Positions 1-13,136 of a stretch of 64,000 nucleotides of DNA are shown here, in pieces (position 1 is the stretch's first letter; each line of letters opens with the position of its first letter). Made by a program: the position numbers and the translations under genes. The DNA is taken from NCBI RefSeq assembly GCF_006345805.1, contig NC_043010.1:33418001-33482000 (forward strand), in the 5' to 3' direction. The notes beneath the pieces are model-generated. The model ran no database searches and had not been told where the DNA came from. It saw nothing but the letters and a program-made list of their open reading frames with translations. This stretch comes from Octopus sinensis. Lineage: Eukaryota.

Positions 1-496
1 AAGATCATGACTGAAATGTACACAAAACTAGTTGACAGTTTTCCAATTATATACAGAATTCCTCAAAATAATGGTAATAACAACAATGGACCCTTTAATA
101 ATAGCAAAATATAAACTACCCTACAGAAAATTCATCACAAAATCTACCAGAACTATGACGTTATATAATATTGAAATCTAGTATTGATGATTTCACATGC
201 TCCTCTATAACATACCGTAAATCGCAAAAACACAACATGATAATTATCGCTGTTTCATTCTGATGATGAGACAATGAAGATCTTAAAACGTTAACTGAAA
301 ATGCATAGAGGAACACTAATTAATGGTACACAGTGTCGAATTAGGGCATTTCACTTGCAGGAATAGTGCACCCAACAAACTTCCACAGTTTTTGTCTACT
401 CAGTTTGATCCAGGTTCGAGCTGATAGAGTCTATGCTAGATGACAATTGTCAAAATGTTACAGAATGTATTCGAACCTGTGATAACTATATTTCCC

Positions 497-811
497 TGGG
501 CATGGATTCACTGAAGCTCCGGCGTCTGGCGACGGACTTGGTAAACACCCACAAAGTTATCAACCACCTCACCAACAACAACACTGAACACCTTTTTGAT
601 CTCCATGTGTCTAACACACGTGGACATGCCTACAAAGTCAGAAAACAACACAGCTCCCATGACTTTCGGAAACATTTTTTCACGCTCAGAGTTGCTGACT
701 GCCATGACACTGCATCCTTTAAGGCCCTCATGCTTTCCGAAATCCGCCGAAACTACACCTGATTATATATACACTTTAGATGAGTTGTAGTGCACCTGAG
801 CACTGTACACA

Positions 812-842
<31 letters not shown>
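497..842 (+). mobile_element. 5'-truncated CR1-clade LINE 3' end (ORF2 C-terminus plus (ATT)n tail)
   Basis: Translation SLGMDSLKLRRLATDLVNTHKVI...TRGHAYKVRKQHSSHDFRKHFFTLRV...ASFK follows the CR1 ORF2 C-terminal pattern (L.LRR...DL...K / TRGH..K / RK.FF..RV), followed by an (ATT)n tail at ~810-842. Confidence 0.8.
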
Positions 843-845
<3 letters not shown>

Positions 846-1983
846 CTGGTCGGACATATATGTGTGCGTGTAAAAACTAAAAGCACGCATATTATATATA
901 GTTGCATACACACACACTATCACATTATTATAAATTTGTTTGAGCGTGCAAGGATACATGGAGGCCTGGTACTTAGGCTATTGGGAAAGGTATACCGTTT
1001 TATGTTGTTCCAGTCTATTAAAAAGAAATGCGTAGTAATTGAGTGCTGTGTAACCAAACAGATTTTATTCACCGACAGGTACAGCAAATTATTCTAGATA
1101 TTTAAGAATTATACTTTTATACTGTATCATATAACATCGGAAGTTTCAGTTTGAAGAAATATCTAAGTAAACATGAGATTTAATAAGGAAAAAACATAAG
1201 TTACGAGTGGGTAGATATATTTGCTTGCGAAGGGCAGCAAATCAACGGGTTTGAAGCGTGTGTTACACCCCTTGGACAGCGTGTGTCCCTAGATCCTTCA
1301 CCAAGCTACTTAGTCATGTTTCAGACATCATACATACCAACAAAATGATTTTAACCATTTAAAGCATCTCCCTAATAAACATTTAAAAAAAAAACTCAAT
1401 AATTATTGTTATAGTCAACTTGTGTCGAAAATTCTGGGACCGTGCATCGCTTGTCAGCGTAACATGGAATTTACATACATACATACATACATACAAGTGT
1501 GGCCCCGCCACCGATTTTATTTTCTCATAACTTCCAGAAATATGGATATTCTATAAATGAAACTTTCTAGAAATACGCTTCGGATTGTGTAGATGTCAAT
1601 TATATAAGAATTTGTTGTGAAAAACTTTTTCCGAGGGTGAGGTTAGGAGTTTCGGAAAATTCACACGAGACAGCTTTCTTTATTCATAACTTTCAAATAA
1701 AATAAAATAAAATAAAAATGGGTAATTTTTTAAAAATACCTTTCAGAATATTTTTAGGAAATTAAGATTATATCGGAATTTAATGTGAAAAAAATAAAGG
1801 TGGGGGGGAATTTGGTGGGCTCGTACATATATACGCGTCACATATCTAAAAAACGAAACTTGAAATTTCGAAAAAAAAATTGTGATGTGTGTCAGTGTGT
1901 ACGAGTCCAACAATTTTCTTTTTCATATTAAATTCTGATATAATCGTAAGCTATACAAGCTGAAAGGTATTTGCAGAAGCACA

Positions 1984-2380
1984 AGAGTGGCTGGGCTGCG
2001 TGGTGAGAAGCTTGATTCCCAACCACATGGTTCCGGGTTCTGTCTCACTGCGTGGCACATTGGGCAAGTATCTTCTACTATAGCCTCGGGCTGGCCAAAG
2101 CCTTGTCAGTGGATTTGGTAGACGGAAACTGAAAGAAGCCCGTCGTATATATGTGTGTGTGTGTGTCTTTATATCTATGTTTGTCCCACAAGCATCACTT
2201 GACAACCGATGCTGGTGTGTTTACGTCCCCGTAACCTAGCGGTTCGGCAAAAGAAACCGATAGAATAAGTACTAAGCTTACAAAGAATAAGTCATGGGGT
2301 CGATTTCTTCAACTAAAAATCCCTTTAACGTGGTGCACCAGCATGGCCGTGTCAAATGACGGAAACAAAAGAAGAAAAGA
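1984..2380 (+). mobile_element. tRNA-derived SINE (family A), near full length
   Basis: Head GGCTG..TGGT.AG...GGTTC..TC (A/B-box-like), central (TG)n, 3' body ending gactgaaacaagtaaaaga-like. More than 15 homologous copies in the window. Confidence 0.85.
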
Positions 2381-2467
2381 ATTTTTTTAAAGGTATGAGG
2401 AAACAAAGCTGAGTCGTGTGAATTTTCCGAAACTCCTCATTCCCACCTTGGGAAAAAAAGTATAATA

Positions 2468-2745
2468 GATCTTTTCGGTTTGAACGGCAGTTTTTTCTAG
2501 CGGTGTCATATGAAATTGTCACCCATAATTATGACCCTAGTATCAATCTATTGCATTTCAATCTGGGTTAGGGGGAAGGGTATCTTTTTTCTTCAGAAAT
2601 GTAAATAAACCCAATCTGTTTCTTAAATGAGGGACATATTCATACGACACAATGTTTTCACCTCAATAGACGTCAGCGATTGGTTGAAATTGCAGAAATT
2701 AAAGAAAAAAAAACAACAAATATCTTACAAACAATAGAATTTTTA
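2468..2745 (+). mobile_element. Non-autonomous TIR element (GGATCTTTTC-TIR family), right end missing
   Basis: Starts gatcttttcggtttgaacggcagttt, colinear with the copy at 12330-13136. Confidence 0.7.
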
Positions 2746-2854
2746 GAATTTGTTGAAAAGTTCATAGAAAAGTATCAATATTTCAGGAAGTTATGAGGAA
2801 ACAAAGTCGTGAATGGGGGTGGGGTGAGGACTTACTTGTGTAGGCATGCGTATA

Positions 2855-3226
2855 CAGGAGGAGTGGCTGTATGGTAAGTAGCTTGTTTACCAACCACATG
2901 GTTCCGGGTTCAGTCCCACTGCGTGGCACCTTGGGCAAGTGTCTTCTACTATAGCCTCGGGCCGACCAAAGCCTTGTGAGTGGATTTGGTAGGCGGAAAC
3001 TGAAAGAAGCCTGTCGTATATATGTATATGTGTGTGTGTGTGTGTCTGTGTTTGTCTCCCTAGCATTGCTTGACAACCGATGCTGGTGTGTTTATGTCCC
3101 CGTTCCTAAGCGGTTCGGCAAAAGAGACCGATAGAATAAGTCCCGGGGTCGAGTTGCTCGATTAAAGACGGTGCTCCAGCATGGCCGCAGTCAAATGACT
3201 GAAACAAGTAAAAGAGTAAAGAGTAA
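2855..3226 (+). mobile_element. tRNA-derived SINE (family A)
   Basis: Colinear with 1984-2380 and 33901-34270; small internal deletion between two gaataagt motifs. Confidence 0.85.
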
Positions 3227-3341
3227 TGTACTCCTGAAAATCTGCCCGTGATGCGAAACTGTAATGCGAAATTAATTTCCCTGTTGATTCTTATATTATC
3301 AAGTGAGAATTACAGGTCAGTCTTCATAGAATGCATATTGT

Positions 3342-3530
3342 GGATCTTTTCCCTTTCAACGGCAGATTGAGAAATTAATTTTTTGTAACTAAACACTTTC
3401 AAACTTCGGACACTGGTAGACTGTGTCATATAAAACATCTTTTACTCTTATGGTTGTTGAGAAAAGTTTATATTTTCAAAGTTATTTCGTGTTAAAATTG
3501 TCGTATTTCGGTAATTTCAACCAATCAATT
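3342..3530 (-). mobile_element. GGATCTTTTC-TIR family, right-end fragment
   Basis: Reverse complement of the right end of the 12330 element (12760-12849). Confidence 0.6.
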
Positions 3531-3641
3531 GAATTAAAGAGAATTTTCTCCTAGGATATGCTACAGGATCTCTCAGCCTGCTTCGATGTCTCAAGAAAAT
3601 GACACATTGAGACAGACGTCAGTGGAGGTGAGGTGGGGTGG

Positions 3642-4241
3642 GCTAATGCAGTTTCGCAACTTGCCTTGAAAAATGCATTTTTTTGAAAATATTTTTTTCG
3701 CATTCCTACGTTTTCGATATTTTCGAGATTACAAATATACAAAAAAAAAATTCAATTTCTACCCCCCCCCCAAATGTTTTCAAACAAATGCATTTTTCAA
3801 GAAGTGCGAAACTGCATTAGCACCAGTCAGGGATAGGTCGCCCACATAAGTTGGATTTTCTCCGTCTTGATGAGGTTTTTTCTGATATTTTTTCGCTGTG
3901 CCTTTGGAAATGATAGGGGATGATCTATTTAGCAAAACAATTATCGTGAAATGATTATTTTTTCTTCCTTAGCTTTTTCCATAGCGAAACCATATTCAAC
4001 GCCGTATTTATGAATTTGTTTCTCTCACCATAATACATGGAATTTTCAAAAACCTTTTTCTATTACTCAAACGAAAAATAAATGAAGCTAAAACAATTTT
4101 TTTCAAACTTATTCCATTGCACTTTTTCTATTTCTATTACTCGTTTGAGTAACAGAAAAAGGTTTTTAAAAATTCCATGTATCATGGTGAGAGAAACAAA
4201 TTCATAAACACGGCGTTGAGTATAGTTTCACTATGGAAAAA
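3642..4241. repeat. Two adjacent inverted repeats (about 38 bp and 101 bp arms)
   Basis: 3642-3680 vs 3786-3821; 3974-4074 vs 4141-4241, near-perfect reverse complements. Confidence 0.85.
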
Positions 4242-5304
4242 AAATTAAGGGTGATTTAGCTGTTGTTTTTAGCACACCTCACGACCATCTAATACCTTCC
4301 TTGGTTCTGCCCACATTGAATCATATAATTTACTGCATCAAAAAAATAACAGGTTGATCACAGCTAGAACAGTTATGATCATAGGGTTGAGAAGTGGAGT
4401 AAAAAAAAATAAAAACAAGGACACTTGAGAGAAGAAAAAGACATCAAATACACATACACAAAAAGATCATCTGAAGCCACCATCTAGCATTACAAGAGAA
4501 TGCACCTGACCTAATCAGCACTGTCATAGAGCCATGAGGTAGATTTACATAAGTTAGCTTCATTCCATTTTGATTAAGCATCGACGTTTCTCCTTCGCGA
4601 ATTAATTCCTTTTCATATTCTATCATTGAAATGGCCACGTTCTCATTTAATATATATAAACAATTTAAACGAATAAAGCATATTGTACATTACTGAACAT
4701 TATACAAATTCATATTTTAATATTTTCTAAAGCAACAGTTCGTTAGGTGAAACTATTTCATGTAAATAATATACAATATGGCCGAGCGTTGACAATGTAA
4801 ACCTACTGGCGTAGTTTGAGGCATAGAATGTGTAGGTAAAATAGCGAGGCAAGTTGTGGTGGTTTCGCTATGATTCGATAGATATAGGGCCAAATGCGTC
4901 CAAGCCATGATCAACTTCATTTGGTTCTACGTTATCGATTCCTTTACTAAGAAAATAATGTGTTGAGCAACCACACAGACGGTTGTTTAAAATGTATATT
5001 AAATCGCCAAACTTACCGTTACCGTGTAATGACAGATAATCACTAGCCTTGGGTATAGACAGTTCCAAAATGAAATGAATTTGGTAAACAGAAAGCTGAA
5101 CGTTTTCTTAAGTTGTCAAATTCTCACTGCATAATCATCAGTAGTAGGATTCACCACAGGTCATTGGCAGCAGTCACAAACTAATGAATTCAGTCACTGA
5201 CCAATGACAGTCAACAGGAAAAAGAAGCTATGATCATCGCCTTCAGAAAGACATCTGTTCTTGATGACCATGACTCATTGACCAAACAATGAAATCTAAA
5301 TGCC

Positions 5305-5662
5305 ATACCTTGCTACCCAACCACATAGTTCCGGGTTCTGCCCCCCTGCGCACTGCGTAGTCTTTTATTATAGTCTCCAGGTCGATCAAAGTCCAGTGAG
5401 TGGATTTGGTAGATGAAAACTGAAAGGAGCCCATCGTATATATATTTTTACGGTGTCTTTCTATTTGTGGTTGTCTCCCTACCCTACCCCTCTTGACAAC
5501 TGGTGTTGGTTTGCTTATTTAGTGGTTTGGCATAAGGGACGATAGAATAAGTACCAGGCTTTAAAAATTAATGCTGGGGTCGATGCGTTCGTCTAAGTAA
5601 AATAAAATATTTTAAAAAAATGCGGCACCCCAGCATGTCCGCAGTCCAGTGGCTGAAACAAT
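5305..5662 (+). mobile_element. Degenerate SINE family A copy
   Basis: Retains ccacatagttccgggttc, gtggatttggtaga, gatagaataagtacc and ccagcatg blocks. Confidence 0.7.
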
Positions 5663-7190
5663 ATATGAAGGTATACGCTGTAATAGCACGTTGCAGCATC
5701 CACCATTTGCTGGTGCTTCACTACTCTTAGTGAATGAAACCTTTGCACCATTCAGCCAACAACCCTCCAACCCATGGATCTGTTTGGGTAATTGTTGCTG
5801 GTGGGGGTTTTACGAGATCGGAGTGCAAATACTACCTCAACCTCTTTTAGTTACCTTTTACGACACGCAGAGAAAATGTTGGTTCTATTCTTTGACATGC
5901 CGGTCTCCACACAATACTGAAACAAATAAAAGATAAACCTAGGGTATTTTATAGGAAAAAAACAATCGACTGCAGAACTTCACTATATTTTATTTCATCA
6001 GCATCCTCGCCACAAAAGTGAATGGGTGGGGGGAAGAAAAAATAGACGCCGGTAGGATTTGAACTCAGAACATAAAATGTGCGTAACTGAATACTGCAAT
6101 CTATTTTGATCATTAAGAACAGATACATTTCTGAAGGCTACGATCACAATTTCAAATGGTGTTGGCTGTCATTTATCAGTGAGTAAATTCATTGATTTAT
6201 GATTGCATTCAATAGTCTGTGGCTGCAGTCTCATAACTGACAGATAAACACGGTAGGACTTGGACAACTTCAGAAAATGATTAGCGCATCTTGGATTTTG
6301 CGAGTCCACTGAATGCAGCGAAGGTGATCCTTATCTTCTGACTATTCCATATTTCGTATTATTTATGTATCATATATGCAGTTTCTTTGCTTCTTTTCCT
6401 CCTCCTCACACACATACGAATGAGTGGACAAACGAAAGAAAAGGGTACTCAAGACAGTAGGAGTTACATGTATTATTCAAACTGTTATACACACACACAC
6501 ACACCAAAGAAGCGACATGTCTGTTAGTATAAGCATATATGCGCACAGAGTGATGTTCGAAATTTGTTCGATTGGACGGTAGTTGGCAGTGGCATGATAG
6601 AACTGGTTGATTCTAGAAATTGAACAGACCTGTGACCAAAAATGTTTTAGTTGGGATTATTCTGTCTCATTGTATATCTAGAATGCATTGACCAATGTGT
6701 CTCTTTTATAAAGACAGTACCTCTTAAGTTAGCTGTGAGGAGAAATGAACAACGTTTGAGACATGTTTCACTTCTTTTCAACGATAAGCCATCATTAACG
6801 TTATCGTACATTCCTTCACTCGAAACAGTGAAGGAGTTTCTACATAATTGCTTTTCTTCCAAGAAACAGTAGCTAAATTTCCCTCGAATTGTACCCTTCC
6901 GTCTTAAAAATAGATTTGTTTGAATAATGTAGTTCTTAGTTCCTTGTACACGGAAAAAAAAAGCCGGAATAGTTACAACTGAAGTATTGTTGATCATTAT
7001 TCTGTCTGATCAGGGCCTACCTGGGGTTAAACATCTCATTGGAACAAGCAAGGATACCTCTACGTGGTCGCCCAACCTGCTCGTATTCGTAGCCAAATCA
7101 GTCAAATTGGATCAAGTGATTCATTAACGGTCATATTTTGAATGTCCGTAATCGTATATTTGTCCGATTAGGGATCACAAACATGTAAAC

Positions 7191-7513
7191 CAGTGGTTCT
7201 CAACCGGGGTCCATATAAGATTTTGGGGGTCTGCATAACAAAATAGCAAATTAGGGACCCGCAATTGTATTTTAAGGCACCCTGAAAAAAGTTTTGCTTT
7301 AGATTATGTATTGGTATGTATTGCAAGAAACAGCTAGGTTTCGTTCTCCAGCATTTTACATAATTCAAACTACACAATGTGTGTAAAACAAACTAGGAAC
7401 TTTTTAAGAAGTTTCTGTAAAACTAGTTTATAAACATCAAATGGAAATGGGGGTCCACCATAAAAAATAGTAATGAAAGGGGCCCATAGAAAAACAGTGG
7501 TTGAGAACCCTTG
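7191..7513. mobile_element. hAT (Charlie-like) MITE
   Basis: TIRs cagtggttctcaacc / ggttgagaacccttg; 8-bp TSD atgtaaac/atctaaac (1 mismatch). Confidence 0.85.
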
Positions 7514-8249
7514 ATCTAAACAATAATATAACTTCTCATAACATACGAACTTATTCAAATTCCTTCACTTCGCATTAGAATTGTCTGACATAAGTAAGTG
7601 GAGGAACAGTAGGATTGTCTGATGTTAATGGGCGGGGAGTAGGTTTTGCGTGACATGTGAGTACAGTGTTTGTCTCACATTGGTAGAAAGTCGGACATTT
7701 ATAGAGGGCGAACATTAATCAATGAATGTTACTTCGTTTAACGACCCTGGAATAATGAAATACGAGCTGGTCTCGGTGGGATTTAATCGTGACTGTTGGA
7801 CATTTAAATTGAAAGAGAAAGAATCAAATGTCCGTAGCCCTAAACTCTTATTTAGAAGTCAAGGATGAGGAAAGCCTTGGGAGGTAGATTGTTCTCCAGA
7901 AGATACTTTTTCTGTTTGTGGATTGTTTAAACGTTAGACATTGTCCAACCCTCCATAGCTTCTCTTACCTCACTAATAACAACATTTGATATTGGTAGAA
8001 ATTTTTACGGCTATAAAAGAAAAATAAGAAGTAGTGGCGATCAAGCAGGCATGAGTGTAGGACAAAATTCTCCTAAGGAAAAAACCCCCATGAGGACAAC
8101 CCTAGCCCCGCAGGACAAAACTGCTAGAAAAAAAACCCTGAGGACAAAACCCACCTAATATAAAAAAATAAGCAATTTTTAAATCAAAGTTTTTATTCTT
8201 ATTATTTGTTGCATGTAAACACTTTTCTGAGATTTAAGATATTGTACGA

Positions 8250-10585
8250 GTAATTAGCTTTACAAGCCGAGACACGTGCGAATTTTTGTCTTGAAGTACG
8301 AGCGAAAATCCGCAGTACAAGCAAGTTCATAAAGCGACCGCTAGTCGGCGCTGAGCTCGCACACGCTCTCCCAACAAACGCAGTCTCCGTTTGTTTAGTT
8401 CAGGTATTTATTTCGTTTTGTGGCAGTTTCCCTGTTGTGTTTTACCCAGTGTTTTTGTTTAGTTTTGTGGATTTGTTACTATTATTTCATAATAATTAGT
8501 TGTGTTAGCCACGGGTCCTACGAAGGTTAGGAGGACGGTGTTGAAAAGAAAAATCTGATTACGATAGAATTTAAGAACGAAATCATAGACAAACATGAGA
8601 GAGAAGTGATTGTAGTGGACATAGCACATCAATACGATCGAAGCACATCAATACGATCTGCACCATCCTGAAGAAAAAGGACGAGATCAAGGCCGTTACA
8701 ACAGCAAAGGGTGTCTCCAGGCTCTCTAAGTAACGCACATCTATCCACGAAAGGACGGAAAAATTGCTTCTCCTGAAGTAACTCGCAGGGGATACAATTA
8801 CGAAGACCATCATCTGCGAGAAAGCACGAGCGCTGTATGGGGAACTCCTAAAGTAGAACTTTGGAGCATCGACGGAGAAGACATCAACGGATATATTTAA
8901 GGCCAGTCGCGGCTGGTTTGATAATTTCAAGAAGAGAACTGGTGTTCATAGCGTCGTCAGACAAGGAGAAGCGGTGAGTTCTGACAAGAAGGCAGCTGAA
9001 GATTTCGTGCGTGAATTCCATCAGCTCATCGCAGCCGAGGGGTACGTCACACAACAGGTATTCAACTGTGATGAAACTGGCCTTTTTTGGAAAAAAATGC
9101 CCAGAAGAATCTACATAACTGCAGAGGAGAAGAAAATGCCTGGCCATAAGCCTATGAAAGATAGGCTAACTCTCGTTCTTTGTTCCAATGCAAATAAAGA
9201 CTTGAAGATTAAGCTGCTCCTTGCCTACCATTCCGAAAACCCACAAGCGTTCAAGTAACACAGTTTCCTGAAGGAGAAGCTGCAGGTCATGTGGAGGGCA
9301 AATGTTAAATCCTGGGTCACCAAGTAATTCTTCTCCGAGTGGCCCACTTTGTCTTCGGACCAGCAGTGAAAAAGTATCTTCTGGAGAACAATCTACCTCC
9401 CAAGGCTTTCCTCATCCTTGACAATGCTCCTGCTCATCCTCCTAATCTCGAAGATATCCTGGACGAATTTAAATTGAAAAAGAAAATTCTGTACCATTTG
9501 CGCAACACCACCCATATCTTGCAGCCCATGGACCAACGGGTGATTTCTTATTTTAAGAAATTGTACATCAAACACCTGTTACATCGGTGCTCTGAAGTCA
9601 CCGAAAATACAAATCGTGAGTTTTGGAAGGTGCACTACAACATTGTAAACTGCTTGAAAATCATCGATATGACCTGGCAGAGTGTTACTAGGAGAACACT
9701 GAATTCTGCATGGAGGAAACTGTGGTCTAGCTACGTATCCGAAAGAGACTTCGAGGGGTTTGAGTCTGAGATACCTCTAGTCGAGGAGATAGTGTCTCTT
9801 GGTTAGTCTATGGGCTACGAGGTTGATGTTGGGGACATTAACAATCTCGTCGAGGAATACTCAGAGGAGTTGACGACAAATGAACCCCTGCAGCTTCAGG
9901 ACCAGCAGCATTTGGATGCGGTAGAAGAGATTGGTTCCCTGGAAGAGGACAGAGTAGCGGAGAATGCTATCTCAACGATTGACATAAAGGCAGTGGCAGT
10001 ATGTTTCTGAATTTGAAGAAAAATATCGTCCTGAAAAAGTAGCTACAGGTCGGGCTGCTGCTGAATTTAATGACACTGCTCTGGCGCATTTTCATAAAAT
10101 TTTGAAAGGCAGGAAGTAGCAGACTTCTCTTGATATGTTTCTAATGAAACAACATGCAAGCGTAAAAATGAAAGAAAGTGTCGAAAAAGCCTAAATTAAG
10201 CGAAGTGAGAGAGAAAACGCTAGAAATTGTTTTTCCTGAAGTCTTAAACTCCTTCAAAACAGTATTCCCCTTCCAAACAGTAATCCTCCTCCCTGCTCTA
10301 TCGTCTTCCTCACGCACAAATCGTCTAATCTTTAATTTTGTCAATAAAACCAGTTTACATATTTCTTTTGCATTCTCTTTTTCTATAATTGTCATTTTAC
10401 TTGTAACCACACCGTTTCTGTTTTGAAACCCATAAATAATAATTTTGGGGTTGTTTGCGGGTGGGTGGAACGGATTAATTATATTTTAGTTAATTTTAAT
10501 GCGGAAAATTGATTCGTAAAACGAGTAAATTGTAAAACGAACTCAGTCATGGAACGAATTAAAGTCATCTTGCAAGGAATCACTG
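8250..10585 (+). mobile_element. Tigger/pogo-like DNA transposon (left terminus not found)
   Basis: Contains a decayed transposase; right end ...gcaaggaatcactg followed by TA at 10586-10587. Confidence 0.8.
8511..10160 (+). pseudogene. Tigger1/TIGD1-like transposase pseudogene (CENP-B HTH + DDE_1), many stops and frameshifts
   Basis: Motifs VFNCDETGLFWKKMP, KPMKDRLTL, YHSENPQAFK, LILDNAPAHP and QPMDQ split over ORFs 8974-9258, 9339-9806 and 9810-10010; start codon reads ACG. Confidence 0.92.
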
Positions 10586-11575
10586 TATTTATATAATAAT
10601 CTCAATCACAAAAATGAGCATGAAAACATCCTACTGTATCTTTGAAAACTAAAAAGACACACAATATTGAAAGCCTCATTTCGCATTGAAATGCAGCACG
10701 GAATTTTGTCAGTGAACAGGTCGCGGATTCAAAGCGACGAAAATATCTTGACAAATTAAATTTAAATGTTGAAGTGAGTCTAACGGTTTTTGTATGTTCT
10801 TTGCACGCTGCAATTGGTTCATTTAAAGTACCTTTTAATATAACCTGATGCTGTGCCCCACGCCATTCAGAAATTTCTCCATAGTCTTCCTTTCATTTAC
10901 ATTGTCCACACGCTGTTGATGCTCATTTGTAACATGTCTGACATGTTTTCTTTTCGTACTATAAAATTAAATCTCGAATGAATAATTACTATTTAAGAAC
11001 TTCTTTTTAGTCACAGCACGATTTTAAGCCATTCTTTCATCTTTATTGTATTTTCTTTTCAATATAAAATTCACATAAAATACGTTGGAAAATTGCTTGT
11101 TCCATATTTTCTCATGATTACATTAGTAATAAATTACTTCACTTATATTTTTTCTTCTAGTTTTAATAGTATTAAAGTTCAAAAAGCGAAAAATATGGCA
11201 GTTTTTTTCTGGACTACTATATATATATATATATATATAATATAAATAATATGTATATATACATACATACGTGTACATAGTTACATATATATGTATATAC
11301 ACATGAATATCTGGGTACAGGACGTCAAAAGACGTAAGCAACATGAAACACGAGAACATAAAATACAAAAACATGAAAAACGAACATTTTTTTGCTAGAG
11401 GAGAACGATGACCTTTCCTCGCATATACTAATCGGACAAAGAGTGTGTGTCGTTAGCCAGCTGGAGATGTCTTCCTGGGGCTATAAACGTCAGTAGCATT
11501 GTCTTGTATAGGATACGACACTTAGTTGGCAGTTATGTTACGATATATATATATATTTCATAACAAATACACACA

Positions 11576-11739
11576 TATACGACGAGTTTCTTTCAGTTTC
11601 CGTCTAGCAAATCTACTCACAAGGGTTTGGACGGCCGAGGCTATAGTAGAAGACACTTGCCCAAGGTACCATGCAGTGGGACTGAACTTGGAACCGTGTG
11701 GTTGGGAAGCTAGTTTCTTACCACAGCCATTCCTGCGCC
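11576..11739 (-). mobile_element. SINE family A, 5' half
   Basis: Reverse complement of the tRNA-like head through gaaagaaactcgtcg. Confidence 0.8.
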
Positions 11740-12329
11740 TATCTATAACGGTTAGTAATTTATCCTTGTAGCAAATTACTTTGGGAATTTTATGACCAGC
11801 AAACTTCTCGTTTGTTAGTTATTTTTGTTCTTGTTTTGAGAAGAAAACCTATTTTTTACAGATCGATTGTGAAGCACTATTTTTTAAACCTGAGAAAAAT
11901 AAGTGGGTGGGCACGGCCAACCGGCACTTCCTGTTGACTATCCCAGTTTCGCTAATATCTTCAAGGTAGTGCCTCAGCATGGTTACGGTCCAATGACTGA
12001 AACAAATAACCTTTTGTTGTTGTTTCTTCCTGTGATAAAAATATATCCGAAAGTTCTTTTGACGCAAATAACAAAAGGTTGACCCCGTGGGGATATTTGA
12101 CCTTTGTGCTAATTTATTTAGATTGTTTGCCGTTGTGTGTGTATGTGCGCACGTGTAAAAAAGAAAGGAAGGAAGAAAGAAGTGTAAGGGAGAAAACTAA
12201 TAAGGATAAATTAGAAGGGAAACAACTTTACAAAATTAAATTTAATTCTCCGTTGAATAGAGAAAAGGCATTGAATTACTAAACTCGTTAGAGCATCCGA
12301 AAAAATTGCATTGCAATATTTTCGGTAGG

Positions 12330-13136
12330 GGATCTTTTCGGTTTGAACGGCAGTTTTTCTAGCGGTGTCATATGAAATTGTCACCCATAATTATGACCCT
12401 AGTATCGATCTATTGCATTTCAATCTGGTTTAGGGTTAGGGGTAGAAAAAAATCCCATTTTCCGTAGCGGTGTCGTATGAAATTGTCACCCATAATTATA
12501 ACCCTTGTATTGATCTATTGCATTTCAATCTGTTTTAGGGTTAGGGTTAGGGGTGGGGGAAGGGTATCTTTTTTTCTTCGCAAATGTAAATAAACCCAAT
12601 CTGTTTCTTAAAGGAGGGACATATTCATACAGCATGGAATGTTGTTTACCTAAATGGAGGTTAGCGATTGGTTAAAATTGCCGAAATGCTCGATTTTAAA
12701 GTGGAAATATCTTACAAACTATAGAATTTTCTCAATAAAGCCAAGAAAAAATTATGTTTTATAAACACATTCTACCAGTATACGAAGTTTAAAAGTGTTT
12801 AGTTAACTAGAAATTGTGTTAAAAACTGCCGTTCAAAAGGAAAAGATCCGGGTATCTTTTTCGTTCACAAATGTAAATAAACCCAATCTGTTTCTTAAAC
12901 GAGGGACATATTCATACGGCACAGAATGTTTTCACCTCAATAGACGTCATTGATTGGTTGAAATTGCAGAAATTGAAGAAAAAAACAACAGATATCTTAC
13001 AAACTACAAAATTTTCTCAATAAAACCAAGCGAAAAAGATTATTTATAAACACATTCTACCAGTATACGAAGTTTAAAAGTGTTTCGATACGTGGAAATT
13101 ATTTTTAAAAAACTGCCGTTCAAACCGAAAAGATTC
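12330..13136 (+). mobile_element. GGATCTTTTC-TIR MITE with internal duplication and duplicated right half
   Basis: Left TIR ggatcttttcggtttgaacggcagttttt (12330); right TIRs end at 12849 (gaaaagatcc) and 13136 (gaaaagattc); TTAGGG units inside. Confidence 0.8.

Larger units (their letters stand above)
1503..2824. mobile_element. Fold-back/MITE-like element with long inverted arms, interrupted by nested insertions
   Basis: 1624-1680 is the approximate reverse complement of 2401-2460, and 1503-1570 of ~2750-2824. Confidence 0.5.

Noticed and set aside
6651-6872. 73-aa ORF with a small hairpin (ccttcact-cgaaac-agtgaagg)
   Set aside because: No homology recognised, and no CUGANGA partner for the GAAAC loop, so not a hammerhead.
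12428-12559. Interstitial telomere or chromosome-fusion scar
   Set aside because: Only 2-3 TTAGGG units, internal to a multicopy MITE.
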